Assembly (NCBI GenBank): GCA_965235115.1
Contig: OZ249436.1
Coordinates: forward strand, 54,686,001 to 54,750,000
Direction: 5' to 3'
DNA from: Laetmonice hystrix
Lineage: Eukaryota
Length of the DNA: 64,000 bases
Below are positions 48,605 through 61,627 of the stretch, piece by piece (within the stretch, counting starts at the first letter, position 1; each line of letters opens with the position of its first letter). The position numbers and the translations under genes are program-made. The notes under the pieces are model-generated. The model was not told where the DNA came from, did not search any database, and was given only the letters and a program-made list of their open reading frames with translations.

Positions 48605-50096
48605 TCAACATCCACTCGTAGGTATTGGGTTAGTGATGCAAACAATGGTCATACCAAGTAACATATCCAGCATGTAAGCGTTTCTCAATGTAGTGTGTAC
48701 CATTGAACACACCAAGTACATCGTCAGGAGACAGCACACGGCCAAAACACGCCGAGTGCAGCTTCCGTCCATGTATCTTGACATGATGAACATAAAAACC
48801 GCTAGGACTACACAGCTTAACAGCCAATCCGAACCCTGGTGGGGTTCGCTGAAAATTCGAACTAAAGCCAGTCTTTCCACTCCGTATGCGACAACATGCC
48901 AAATAAGACTTGTTGACATAAGTGTTTTGGGTGAGCGGGTACTCTTGTCACCGTGAAATATGTCACCGCGTGGCCCTGCCAAGGTGACGATTCTATTCTT
49001 CATTGCTACCTGCTGATCTGGATTAAAAGAATTACTGTGAAACACGTATATAAGTGCTATAAGGCACCCTGTAGTTGGGAATGTTTTGCGGGATGGAGTC
49101 CATACACCTGACCCGAGGAATACAAGTTCCCAACATATCACTAAATACAACGCCATGATGCAGAAAATCCAAGCTCGCGACTGGTCCCTGAAAAGTGGCG
49201 TTAAAGACAACAGTAAAAACGGTACAAATAATAACAACATATTCAAGATGACGTCACTGCCCCTGATGTCGTCACTCCTTAACATCACAACACACGTGAC
49301 GACGGTGAAGTCGGCCGACAGCGCAGTAGCGGCCGCTGTCGCCAGGCCTGTCCCACTGGGAAGTCGCGTGAAGGTCAACGCGAATGAAAGTATCACTGTA
49401 GTCAATAAAATTGGCACAAATACAATTTCCATAACCCGCAGCAGATTGGACACCGGACTGACGTACTGTTCCATCCAAGGTGTAAGTACGATAAGTTGAA
49501 CTTTGTGAACGTTACCAACCACCGATAAGAAACTACAGATGACCCCCGTCAAAACGCCGGTTACAGTTTCACGACTCGTCGCGTCGGCGAACAGACTCGT
49601 CGCCCGCGATGCGATCGGGAAGAGAGTGAGACCGACGGGCAGGCAGAGGAAGATGGGCGGCAGCTTGAAGTCGGCGATGATTCGATGGAACATGCCGATG
49701 GTGGCGAGGCCGGTCAGTACCTGGAGGACGAGGCCAAGGGTTTGGACGTGACTCCATGATGTTTTCATCGTTCCTGCTGAGTCCACTGACAGTGAGCGGC
49801 GAAATACAGCAGGGGCTGTGTGGGGATCGGCAGGAGCTGTGTAGGGATCGGCAGGGGCTGTGTGGGGATCGGCAGGAGCTGTGTAGGGATCGGCAGGGGC
49901 TGTGTGGGGATCGGCAGGGGCTGTGTAGGGATCGCCAGGGGCTGTGTAGGGATCGGCAGGAGCTGTGTAGGGATCGCCAGGGGCAGGCCGATTGACTGTA
50001 CATGTGTCTTTACTCAAGTTGTGGTAACAGTCTTTCTTGTCCACCGGAGTCACCGAACACTGAGGGCATTGACCGCCACTTTGGGTTTCCGGGCAA
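48605..50096 (-). CDS. Uncharacterised multi-pass membrane protein, large terminal exon
   Basis: 482-aa ORF with about 10-12 hydrophobic segments and an N-terminal P(A/G)DP(Y/H)TA repeat. A strong acceptor (TCTGTCTTTTCAG) sits at 50097 and the frame is open from it. Confidence 0.7.
49809..49985 (-). repeat. In-frame 21-bp repeat, ~8 copies, encoding P(A/G)DP(Y/H)TA
   Basis: Plus-strand unit GCAGG(G/A)GCTGTGT(G/A)GGGATCG. Confidence 0.9.
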
Positions 50097-50414
50097 CTGA
50101 AAGACAGACACAGAAATCAGATTAAACGAATGGAGCCTGTCTAAACAGGTCTGAGCACCAAATCCAGTGATAGAAGTTCTCTTATTAAACCTATCACAAA
50201 GAACTTAATATGATCTTAGAACATTTACCACTTTTATGTCTAATCCATGTGTGTGGCGATAAGTCTAATCTGAACAGACTGGAGCACCTCTGTGGTTGGT
50301 GTTAGCAAGTTGGCCTCGATAGCTGGCCATGTGGAACCATTGGAAGTACTCTACCCGTGGGGGTCGGTGGACATGAGAACATGTTTTGTACCCCGTGAAC
50401 AATGGTTAGGCCTA

Positions 50415-50600
50415 TGTATTTGTGGTTTGGAGATTCAAACGGAGGAACATTTTCTTTTCCACTGCCAGATGACCGCACACTTTAGAGACGGAAGGCGATT
50501 ATCAATTGATGAACTATTTCATTTCAAAGGCTCAGCCGAATTGTTTAATGATTGTCACTTAGATGGTGTATGTATTTTGTATTGTATTCTTATATACACA
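50415..50600 (+). mobile_element. LINE ORF2 C-terminal Cys/His fragment
   Basis: LCICGLEIQTEEHFLFHC resembles the CxC..E..EH....C knuckle found at the 3' end of many non-LTR elements. Confidence 0.55.
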
Positions 50601-53071
50601 CCATGGGCCCGTGTGATATGCTCACGGCACTGGCGTTACGTGTAACTAACTGCCCATGGGACCAGCTAGTGGGTTCTGGTGAGTCTTGAACTCGCGATCT
50701 GCGGATTACGAGCCATGCGCTCTAACCACTACACTAGCCGGGACGCGAACTTACACTGTTTAGAGTTGAAGTGGACCAGATGGCCTCGTGGTGCTATGAA
50801 TAAATATTTTATTCATAGCACCTCTCGTACTTTTTTTTCTCTCGAAAAAAAAAAAACCTCGACTGCGTCTCTGTTTTTCCTCGTGTTTTTTTTTTTGCTC
50901 ACTCAAAAAAACCCCCTCGACTTCGTCTCGTGATTTTTCTCGTGCATTCGTTCTATAAAGAAATTTCCCCAAACCCTTTTTTCTCGAAAAAAAAGTGTAA
51001 AAAATTAAAGTTTATTTTGGTGATATGTGGTTCCTTCTGGATCTTAAATTAAGGCGATATAATACCATATAGCCAAACACATAGACATCTATTATAACTT
51101 TCAGGATATTTAACTTTCCATGACTTTAATTTAATTTAACTTTGTTTCGTATTTTTTTCTCGCATTTTTTCTCTCCCGTGAGAAAAAGCCTCGAAATTCT
51201 CGTTAGGCCTATATTATCTCGATGTGTCATATTTTAAATATGGCAAAAGCATACATCACCTATGCATAACAAGTTTAACGTGGACATTAGATTTATTTAG
51301 TCTTTTATTAAAGACTTTAGCATTATTAGTGCTTCTGTAGGCATCAACGTCTTGTCGAGAATATTCCTATGGCAAATAATGGATAGAGTCTATAGGCCTA
51401 GACATCATTTCGTAGGCTACTTTGTCAATGAAAACATTTATTTTCACAATGAAATTTATTTCGCCAAATATAATCACTTTCTTTTTTCCGTTTTTATTTA
51501 CTGCTGTGTAAATTCAAGGTGAAATAACAATTGTGGAATGATGAGCCGATCATAGAACTAAACGCGTCGAGGCTGGATGTTGATGTCGGGGTAACCTCAG
51601 TCCTTTCCGTTGTGTCGACAGGCTTTGCGCTATAGCTTCTAATATTCGGCTCAATTCCCGCTGCTGTTCTGCTGATGTCCTTTTATATGAACGAACTCAT
51701 ACTTAGAAAAGGCACAATCCCGGAAGCAAAGCAAGCATAAATAAAATTCACCACCAATAAAATTGTTTCTATTGTTCGGTTCACGAGGCGACGACTCTAA
51801 CCATTACACCACAGAAGCCGCTGTAATAGGCTATATTACCAGGCTAATCTGTCCTGTGTGCTGCATAAATGCCAAGGTCATGGTCAATATGTGGTCGGCC
51901 AAAGAAGGGGTCAGCGAACCGCGACGACAGGCGTGCATGGTGTTTACATGTTATTTCCGTCTCACAACAGTGCGATATGGTGCACTGAGAGTGCATTATG
52001 TTCCACATATCACCACACCTGAGTGCACTGGGGCCAATAGATTCGTTTTTTCAATAAAAACTAAATTCTTTCAATCGCCGTTAATTGAAATCTACATAAC
52101 AATGTACCAAAAGGCAAGTCAACACTTACCCCGTGATGTGTATGTCTGGTATTACACAAAAACTCGGAGTGATATGGTTCTGACCTCTCGGCTACGCCTC
52201 GCGGCAGAACCCTATCACCCCTCGTTTCAGTGTTATACATATTGCTACCCACGCATGTGAAAGGACAAAGTAAATTTCACTCTTCCATTTGAGATAAAAT
52301 ACTTAACTGTACCACCTATCCCTCCTTTTGAAAAATGTACTTGAAACTGCATTATAATTCCATTTTTTTACGAATTGGGATGCCCCTATCTCAGAAGTTA
52401 TAACCACCAGAGACTTTATATTATACACACTAGTAGACAGGGTTCCAGAGATGTTGTACACAGAGGTACATGGGATTTAAGCAGTTTGTTTCTGCTTGGC
52501 ACGTGGCCAAATGTGGATTCGCAAACATTCGTATTGATGAAATCATGATTTTTGACTTGATCTCTATCACATGTCAATTAATATAAAAAGTGGGCCTATC
52601 TGTCGAAAGCTTGCGAAATTTGCACCACCCCCCCATAATATATGTTGTAGTACATGTATGCCAAAAATGGTTGAATTCTGAGGGGGTCACCCGGGGACCC
52701 CTTGTCGAATTGAGGCCTAGCATAACAAGGAACGACGACATGCATGACCGAGTCGACGCGGATGCACCGATCGCATAGAGTCGTGAAAGGAGGGAGAAAG
52801 GAAGGAAGCAATAAAATCGGATCAAAAAGGGGTGGGGTGGCGACACCAAATTCACCCCGTCCTCCCCCGAATTCGCCACTGCTGTTATAGTGCAGGCCTA
52901 GGCGATCACAATGCAGTGGTTCCTGTCGACGTGTCAATATCGGTCTAGATGTAGGGTTGACTAAATACGACTCATATTATCATAATATCGCCCACCCGCC
53001 GCGATTAGGCCTATGTACATTATAGGCCTACGGTTAAGTTTGTGTTCCTGGTCGGAATGTCTAATTCTTAC

Positions 53072-53242
53072 CATGACAGACTTGATCTGATCGCTGCCAG
53101 TCGGTATAGGCACGTCAAACACTGCGAGTGGTGATCCATATACACAGGCAACCGGCTCCACCACGCACCGGAGCCATCACACCGATACCGAGCCTGGCGA
53201 GCTTGATCGGTCGAGTGGTCGTCGTCAGGTATATTCTCTGAC
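53072..53242 (-). CDS. Candidate upstream coding exon of the 48605-50096 membrane protein
   Basis: 171-nt open phase-2/phase-2 exon SENIPDDDH...MDHHSQCLTCLYRLAAIRSSLS ending TG|GTAAGA. It joins in frame to T-TGC-CCG at 50096. A possible first exon ATG TGG ATT TG|GTGAGT lies at 53368-53358. Confidence 0.5.
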
Positions 53243-55005
53243 CTAGTTAAATTAACCGGTACTAAGACTCACCTGTCCTGAACACAGTGGGCCGACCAGG
53301 CCAACTTACTGGTTCACTGAACAAACAATAAAGACCTATGAACAGTAGGCTACTCACCAAATCCACATGAAGAAGTATTAGAAAGATAGGCAGAAAGACG
53401 TGGTAGGCCTACAGATCGCGGCCTATATCTATGGGCCGTAGGGGGGCCTATAGGCCTACCTAGACCTGCATCGACCTGCCCTGAGGCCAATATGAAGTCG
53501 GTCGATGCCCACTGGCGACTGGCGAAGATAGGCCAACAAAAGTGACAATTTAAGGTCCAATTGACCTAGGCCCCCTATATAGATGTACGTGACATTAAAA
53601 TATTAATGACCATTCGTTGGTCTACGTTATCTTTGGTTAGGCCTACGCTTTGTTGAGCTAGCAATTTCTAGTTCAAATACGCTCGGATGCAAGCGGAGCA
53701 CACATCCGACACGAAGGAAGGAAGGAAGGAAGGAAGGACACATGCACGCCTGATTAGCCAGCAAGAAGATCGCGAAATATTCAGAATACGTTTTACGTTA
53801 TATTGTCCGTTCATTAAAAATCAGCTGCTTTGACTGTTGCTTTATAAAGGCCTACCACCGACACACCCGCTGTAGATCTACATTATGGAGTGCTCAGTGG
53901 TTGCACAGTGCAAGGAAACATTTAGGCCAACAGTAGCCTAACAACAGAAAGTAAGACAGGTTCACTGACCCAATACCAATGAGTTTTACCAATCGATATT
54001 CTGGTGTTCAAAGTTGCTTAGCAACAACACTAACTTGGACCCGCGTGCCTCGGCCGCAGCGGTGGGGTGGGGGGGGGGGGTGTGAACCTGTCCGTAATAT
54101 ATGACCAACTGCATGGCAAAAAGGAGGAAGGAAGGAATTGTTACCAGGAATGAGAGAAAACGTTCATGTGATCATGTGAAAACAAAGTTGTAAGTTGGTC
54201 CCCATCTATAGGCCTAATTATGCTATTGACACGTAAAGGAAGACCACAACTTCAAGGTTCACCGAAGGTTAGCCTGACCGAGGTTATGTTTATATTAATG
54301 CCGACTGTTTGCCAAGCCGTGGTTCGTGTCGGACTCCACCAACCCCCATGTGTAAATAATAAATCAATCGAGAGCATGTCATATATTTTATAGCCCAAAT
54401 AATTGTAACGTATTTATGAGGGGCATTTTAGATATAGGTGTATGTGTCATAATATGAATTATGATAGTAGTAATATATTTGGCCAATTATTACGAAATAA
54501 TTGACAATACATTTTATCATATATGCTCTGATTTCCTAGTTATATTATTTTTTCATCACTATGTAGGCTACTATAGGGCCAGAGTATACGAAGACGTTTG
54601 TCAGCACTGATGCCTACAACGGTATATTTATCATCGACATTTTCGTTATGCCCGGTCATGACTGGACGCTTTACTCCAGATTATTCACAATTGGGGTAAT
54701 CAGGTGTATTAGTACTCTATCAATGTAAGAAACTGTTTTGACTTCTCTCAGGCAGTGCCAAGTTTAATAAAAGTCAAGCAGACCCTCCTAAGAGAATATT
54801 CCTATAAAATAAGTTATAGTTATATATACGGGAGTCTCTCTGACACGGAAATCAGTGGATTCAGCTGCGCGTTTTAAAACCCGCTTGTCCCTATACGTAT
54901 ACGTGTATGACATTTTAGCTGTGAAAGCGGATATTTGATATTGGATATTTGAATCTAACTCTGGAAGATCCTTCCGACCATAAGCGAACTTTGTGGACCG
55001 ATAAT

Positions 55006-58000
55006 ATGAATGGATTTCTTCGCGCTTCACTTTTTCACTTCACATTTGTATTTATCGCGCCAGGATATGTGATGGGTGACACCATGAACGGAACGTCCCA
55101 ACGAGGGGGGTTGTTTGAAGCCTACTCCAGCACCACCTTCCCCGACCCCCAGCGGGACTTGTACGAGTGTGGACGGCAGGGTCGCAAGTCGTGGGTATGC
55201 GACCCAGAGAACATCCTTCCCACCTCGCAAGGTCTGTCACACCCAAACCTTATGAAATTATGTAATCGTGTAATTTTTTCCAAAATGGTGTAGAACAGGG
55301 GTCGAAATTAACGGTATAAATAGCACATTGATAGGCCTACATATATGCCTAATTTGTTACTTTTTCTGCACTCTAGCAAAGTTGTGCTATATCTAGCCTA
55401 TATCGTCCAAGAATTATAAATAATAGGGCCTATATCCAACGCGGTTTGTAAGTGGTGTCGAACCTTAGGCCTACAGATGACCTGTAAATCCATAACATGA
55501 GGACAAAGTAGATCTAAATAAAACATCAAATGCACGTAAAACAGCTGGAAGCCGTGGGCTGGATCAGTCGTGCGTTCGCGCTTTATAACAATCTCCAAAC
55601 GATATCTCAATATATTTAAGCGGCTGACATAAACATTTTGTCGGGGTATGCAAATTTAGTGGTCTCTATAGTTATCTCTCAGAGTCTACCTATAGTGTTT
55701 AATTTATACAGAGTACATATATCATATATTCAGTGATCAAGTCAGCCATCGGACTTTGGTTATTTTAACACACATGTAAAATGTGGTTTCCTTAATTAAA
55801 ACAGAAACCTTGAGCTGAATTAAAATAGATGACCGTTAACCCTTTCCCCTTTACAATGGCTTGCATGCCAAAATTAGATGTTTGTCGATTAAAAATGTTA
55901 AAGTACGAAATACAACTCTAGCTCTTTAAAATTCACTCACATGTAACCCGTATACGGTATACCACATTTATTTCCCTTCTGCCGTGGAAAGTATCACTTT
56001 TGATAGTTGGATATTTTGTTAGTAGCAAATCTTTGCTATACTCTCTGGAAAACTTAATTTATAGGACAGAGAGACATAGGCACTATAGATCTATAGGCAG
56101 AAAATTTTGGTAGATACAAAGAGCACGCTGAAGATAAAACTATAGGAAACGTATATTGTGACAAGAAAGATCGGCCCCTCCCCTTCAGCATTTTACGCCT
56201 CTGGGTGAAATTCCTCAAGAATGATCCACAGAAATAATTACAACATAGTTTACAATGGGAATACATACATTACAATGGGGGTCATTCTGGGTCAGAGAAA
56301 GGGTAAAATGATGGTCATGCACCTATAGTAGAAATAACCTATAAAATTGAGAGTACTCACTCGAGCTGTTGGAACCTGTGAACACACATGCATATTGAGA
56401 TCGATTTCTGATGTAAGATAAAAGGAGTTTGATGGAGTCTGACTGTTAAGGCTACAAGTGTATAATGTGGGCCCACATTGTCAGCGTATCCCAGTTACGC
56501 ACCATCGATCGATCTGTCCTATCCACCGATGGGCTCTCATTCGGTCGATCGACCATGCATGGCAGGGCCGTAGCCTGCGGGGGGGGGGGGGGGGGGGGGG
56601 CAGGGGGGGGGGGCAGCTGCCCCCTGGGATTTCCAGTTTTTTTTAACCCCCCCCCACGCATTTGGGCCAGGCTACGGCCCTGCATGGGGTCGTCCATTGG
56701 CCGATGGGCGACCCGCTGATGGGCCGATGGGCTAGATCCACCGATAGGCCAGACCCATCGGCCGATGGGCCTGATCCACCCATGGCACGTAGGCCTAACA
56801 TTGTAATGCTTCGAGCACATCGTATACCGTATTGTGTAGACACCTCTCTATGCCGCTGAGACTAATAATACTGCTTAATGTTCTTTATGATTGGCCAGCC
56901 GACACCCTAGATAACGTCATTAACTCGGTCGGTACCAAAGTGACGTGTCCATGCTCTGAGGACTGTCTATTCCACAACTCGTCCTATGTCATGTCTGTGG
57001 CAGTCCTGCCAAAGCTTCAGTTTCCTTCCAGGTAAGTCCCTAAATATCGCGGCGCAATAAGTGTCTAAAACTCTTATACCGGTATCACTATTATGTCTCT
57101 AATTCTGTAAGCCTACCCAGCACAAGGAGGAGACACAGTAGCTGTTTATATCGTGACCTCTCACCTCCGGGTCTTGTCTTGGGTGTAGATGTTAATGTTT
57201 ACTCTGGATACCCCGCTGGCACCCAAACGGACCGCCTCGATATCCGTTGAGATGCATTCGAAATTCTATATATATAATATATAGTAGGCCTACATGAAAA
57301 GAATGCGTTTTAAGGTGTGATGTCGTTAAAAGGAATTAAGGTAAAACACGCTGATATGCGAAAAGTATGAAAAATACTTTTAGGCCTACCTCTTTTAAAT
57401 GACCATCTGGTTGTTGACCAATGTATCTTCAATTCCATGAAAAATATAAGATTTGACCACAAATTAAATTCGCAAGGCATACACCCAAAATTAAGTAATA
57501 ATAGTGGCAACATTCTATATATAGAACTCAAGTATCATACAAATGGTTAAAATAAATCACCTTCACCTTGTACGAAACCGATGCATCCAATCATTTAATT
57601 CCCTTTCAGCTCATTGCCAACCCGGGAACAGAAGTTAAAAGCTGTCAGACTGTTTGCTGAACACCTGTGTTACACGTCGTGGGTACGTCACGGGCGATGT
57701 ACTGATAACCTCGTGGTCGTCTATGCCGTGTATGACAAATATGTAAGTCACTGCTCTGGTAGGCTGTATGTCTTCTTCATGTAAGTCACTGCACCGGTAG
57801 GCTGTATGTCGGCTTCATGTAAGTCACTGCACCGGTAGGTTGTATGTCTTCTTCATGTAAGTCACTGCACCGGTAGGCTGTATGTCGGCTTCATGTAAGT
57901 CACTGCACCGGTAGGCTGTATGTCGGCTTCATGTAAGTCACTGCACCCGTAGGCTGTATGTCGGCTTCATGTAAGTCACTGCACCCGTAGGCTGTATGTC

Positions 58001-60626
58001 GGCTTCATATAGGCCTAAGTCACTACACCCGTAGGCTGTATGTCGGCTTCATGTAAGTCACTGCACCCGTAGGCTGTATGTCGGCTTCATGTAGCCTAAG
58101 TCACTGCACCGGTAGGCTGTATGTCAGCACCGGTAGGTTGTAGATCTACCTAAAAGTATGTCGGCTTCATGTAGGCCTAACTCACTGCACAGGTAGGTTG
58201 TACTATGTCGGCTTCATATAAGTCACTGCACCGGTAGGCTGTATTCAAACACATGGCACATAACTGACAATACAGCACGCGCATGGGCAATGACATCAAA
58301 ATGACCTCGCCAGGAATTATTTCTCGAACTACTTTTTAAATTGACAATCGTTCGAGAACTGATTCCCGGCCAGGTCATGTAGCATGGAAGACCATCATGC
58401 ACATGGCAATGTATTGATCAATGACAACACAGCAACTATAGATGAGTGCATGTGTTAGAAAAAGTTTTTCAAAGGCATGAAAGAATGCTAAGTTGATGGG
58501 TTACCTTAAAGACTGGATATTACAAATATGTTTTTTTTGGTATCCAATATATGTTCTTTCCAGTTGTGGACGGCGACAGGCCAGGTGATGCGTGAAATGT
58601 TGTCAGAGGAGTGCGTGTCAAAAATCAATGACGAGGTGCTGACAGTTTTCACGGCGGGCTACATCAGCCTTGGCTTCCAGCGTTTACTGGTACAGTACCG
58701 GTACGTATACATGTACCTCACAATTAATTAATTAATTAATTAATTAATTAAGTTCAACATGCGATCGGAGAATATACCGCGCTTTAGAGGATATAAAGGG
58801 GATCTATAAGAAGGAGCCGATTCAACATAATATATAGCCGCCATGCAGTGTTTTGTTGCTATTTATACAAGTCGGCAAGAGGTGTGTTTAAAAAGGAAGC
58901 TTGTCTAAATAATTAGTATTTTTGCTTTGCGCGCGCGGTATGATTTGCCAAAACAAATCGCTCGCTCGCGTCTGGTGGAAATATGCCTCAATTCCCTGCT
59001 AGGAAAAACGATTGAGGCATATTTTCTTATAATCGACAGATGGCGCGCAATCTCGAACGTCGCGCCATCTACCGTTTGGAAGTATAGAAACTGAAAGAGT
59101 CTACTGAAAGCCGTTAAACAAAGGAGATTTTTTGGTAACGGTTTACCAGTCTATAAGGTAAATCATAGTAGTGTTCTTTTAAGTAAGGTTCATATCGTTG
59201 CCTCGAAAAAGCCGATCAGATCTAACGAACCTACTTCGAAAAAAGGTCCAATTTCAGCCGGCCTATAGGCCTACAATGAACCAATAAATGCAAAACCCTC
59301 TATAACCCCCCTATGTGAGGCCTAAAAGATGACGATATAGTTGATGAACGCAGCCCTAGAAATTTGGTTCAGAATGAAAGGTTGCCATAAAGTTCATTAT
59401 CGTATTGTGATAATATAGAATTGAAAATCTTTGGGCCAATAATTATGTGCAAGAAAGGCAATTAGGCCCTACCCCCCCCCCCCCCAAGCATCCACAGCTT
59501 TAGGATTTAAGGTTGGCCTATTATAATGGCTCTAAATGGTTCTTAGACTTTAATAATTTTATTCAGTTGATCTGGCGACATAATGTTCACTGACCTTGGC
59601 TGACCTCACTGCTGTTTCAGGAAGGTGCTGTGGGGGCAGCGCGCATGCGTGACGTCACCGTCGTATCGCGCGTGGTGGTTCGTGGTTGGCGGAGCGATGT
59701 TATTCCTGGTCATGGGATGTGCATGTCTATGGATGGGGGCTGGGGGGTCCAGCTGGGGCCGTATACGGAAACATCGAGTGGGGGATGGAGGAGAGAGGGG
59801 AGAGGGCGGAACCTGGAGAGGGAGAGCGGAGGGGAGGGAGGGAAGGGAGGGTAGAGTGAATGGAAGGGAGGGAAGGGAGGGTAGAGTGAATGGACGGGAA
59901 GGAAGGGAGGGTAGAGTGAATGGAAGGGAGGGAAAGGAGGGTAGAGTGAATGGAAGGGAAGGAAGGGAGGGTAGAGTGAACGGAAGGGAGGAAAGGGAGG
60001 GTAGAGTGAATGGAAGGGAGGGAAAGGAGGGTAGGGTAAATGGAAGGGAAGAAAGGGAGGGTAGAGTGAATGGAAGGGAGGAAAGGGAGGGTAGAGTGAA
60101 TGGAAGGGAAGGAAGGGAGGGTAGAGTGAATGGAAGGGAGGGAAAGGAGGGTAGAGTGAATGGAAGGGAAGGAAGGGAGGGTAGAGTGAATGGAAGGGAG
60201 GGAAGGGAGGGTATAGTGAATGGAAGGGAGGGAAGGGAGGGTATAGTGAATGGAAGGGAGGGAAGGGAGGGTAGAGTGAATGGAAGGGAAGGAAGGGAGG
60301 CTAGAGTGAATGGAAGGGAGGGAAGGGAGGGTAGAGTGAATGGAAGGGAGGGAAGGGAGGGTATAGTGAATGGAAGGGAGGGAAGGGAGGGTAGAGTGAA
60401 TGGAAGGGAGGGAAGGGAGGGTATAGTGAATGGAAGGGAGGGAAGGGAGGGTAGAGTGAATGGAAGGGAGGGAAGGGAGGGTAGAGTGAATGGAAGGGAG
60501 GAAAGGGAGGGTAGAGTGAATGGAAGGGAGGGAAGGGAGGGTAGAGTGAATGGAAGGGAGGGAAGGGAGGGTAGAGTGAATGGAAGGGAGGAAAGAGAAG
60601 AAAGAAGGCGCGAAATGAGATGGTGA
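55006..60626 (+). CDS. MOLO-1-like / TPM-domain single-pass membrane protein, 5 coding exons
   Basis: Exons 55006-55231, 56899-57031, 57610-57742, 58564-58700 and 59621-60626 are phase-compatible. The product has a signal-like N-terminus, [27 protein letters not shown]...VAVL, FA..L...W...C.D..VVVY, LWTATG and a TM segment [20 protein letters not shown]. Confidence 0.82.
57741..58243 (+). repeat. 38-bp tandem repeat (~12 copies) starting at the exon-3 splice donor
   Basis: Unit ATGTAAGTCACTGCACCGGTAGGCTGTATGTCGGCTTC. The first copy overlaps the real TAT|GTAAGT junction. Confidence 0.93.
59835..60597 (+). repeat. 30-bp purine-rich tandem repeat (25 copies), in frame in the last exon
   Basis: Unit GTAGAGTGAATGGAAGGGAGGGAAGGGAGG recurs every 30 bp from 59851 to 60571 and encodes [10 protein letters not shown]. 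Confidence 0.95.
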
Positions 60627-61101
60627 TTGTAATAAAGCTGAGTGGTGTATATCAAAGTATGTTTAACACGATTCAATTATTATTGATGTACAAATATTTC
60701 GTTCGGCATTCTTTGGACGAAAAAAGAACCGAAGCCCACAAGACCACAAACATGTTTCTTGTTTATTTTAGTAGGTGTGTGTCTCAAACAAAACAAAAAA
60801 ACTGTATGCAGTGGTTTGAAATGAAAACGTTCCCCATGCAAACTTTTTTCCTTAGTACCAAACATACACATGAGTTAAATTCTAGAAGAAAGGAAAACTT
60901 GTTTAATCCAAGGTAAGACAATATCTAGTTCTCATTGAGATGCGGATGCCCCAGCAGATTAATGTCTCTATCGGTGCACGCCCCAATGCATGTCATAATT
61001 TGAAACACCGAGGCCAGCCACACACTTTTCAATGTCATGTCTGAGATCAACCCCTATTGTAAAAATATTATTTGTATATTAAGGTTAAGTTGTACTCTTA
61101 A

Positions 61102-61627
61102 AAGGAGTCGTAAAATTCATTTTTTCGATTTATGGCAGTCTTAGAAACATTATGATTCGCATACCTTGGACTCCCAGTAACATCATGTGAGACTGTTATG
61201 CCCCAGCGACCAGTATTTAGTAAGGAAAATATGCCAAATCTCTCGCAAATACGTAGCTCAGAATTAGCGAGCGGCCCACAGGATATTTGAGTTGGCCGCA
61301 GTCGGGCGATGATGACGCGTGATCACGTGACTTCCGGGTGTACATGCAGTATTTAGGTCAATGCTAGACTAGAGGGAGATTCCCTTCCACACCCGGAAGT
61401 CACGTGATCACGCGTCATCATCGCCCGACCGCGGCCAACTCAAATATCCTGTGGGCCGCTCGCTAATTCTGAGCTACGTATTTGCGAGAGATTTGGCATA
61501 TTTTCCTTACTAAATACTGGTCGCTGGGGCATAACAGTCTCACATGATGTTACTGGGAGTCCAAGGTATGCGAATCATATGTTTCTAAGACTGCCATAAA
61601 TCGAAAAATTGAATTTTACGACTCCCT
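61102..61627. mobile_element. Near-perfect palindromic TTAA-target MITE (Kolobok-like)
   Basis: Arms of about 240 bp (61102-61341 and 61389-61627) surround a ~47-bp spacer, with TTAA at 61098-61101 and 61628-61631. Confidence 0.9.

Noticed and set aside
50660..51825. tRNA-like heads on the minus strand at ~50670-50740 and ~51775-51822
   Set aside because: No complete cloverleaf forms. They are probably SINE fragments, but boundaries could not be supported.
59606..60676. 356-aa minus-strand ORF (LPSLPFT repeats)
   Set aside because: It is the antisense reading of the 30-bp repeat. The splice-supported frame is on the plus strand.
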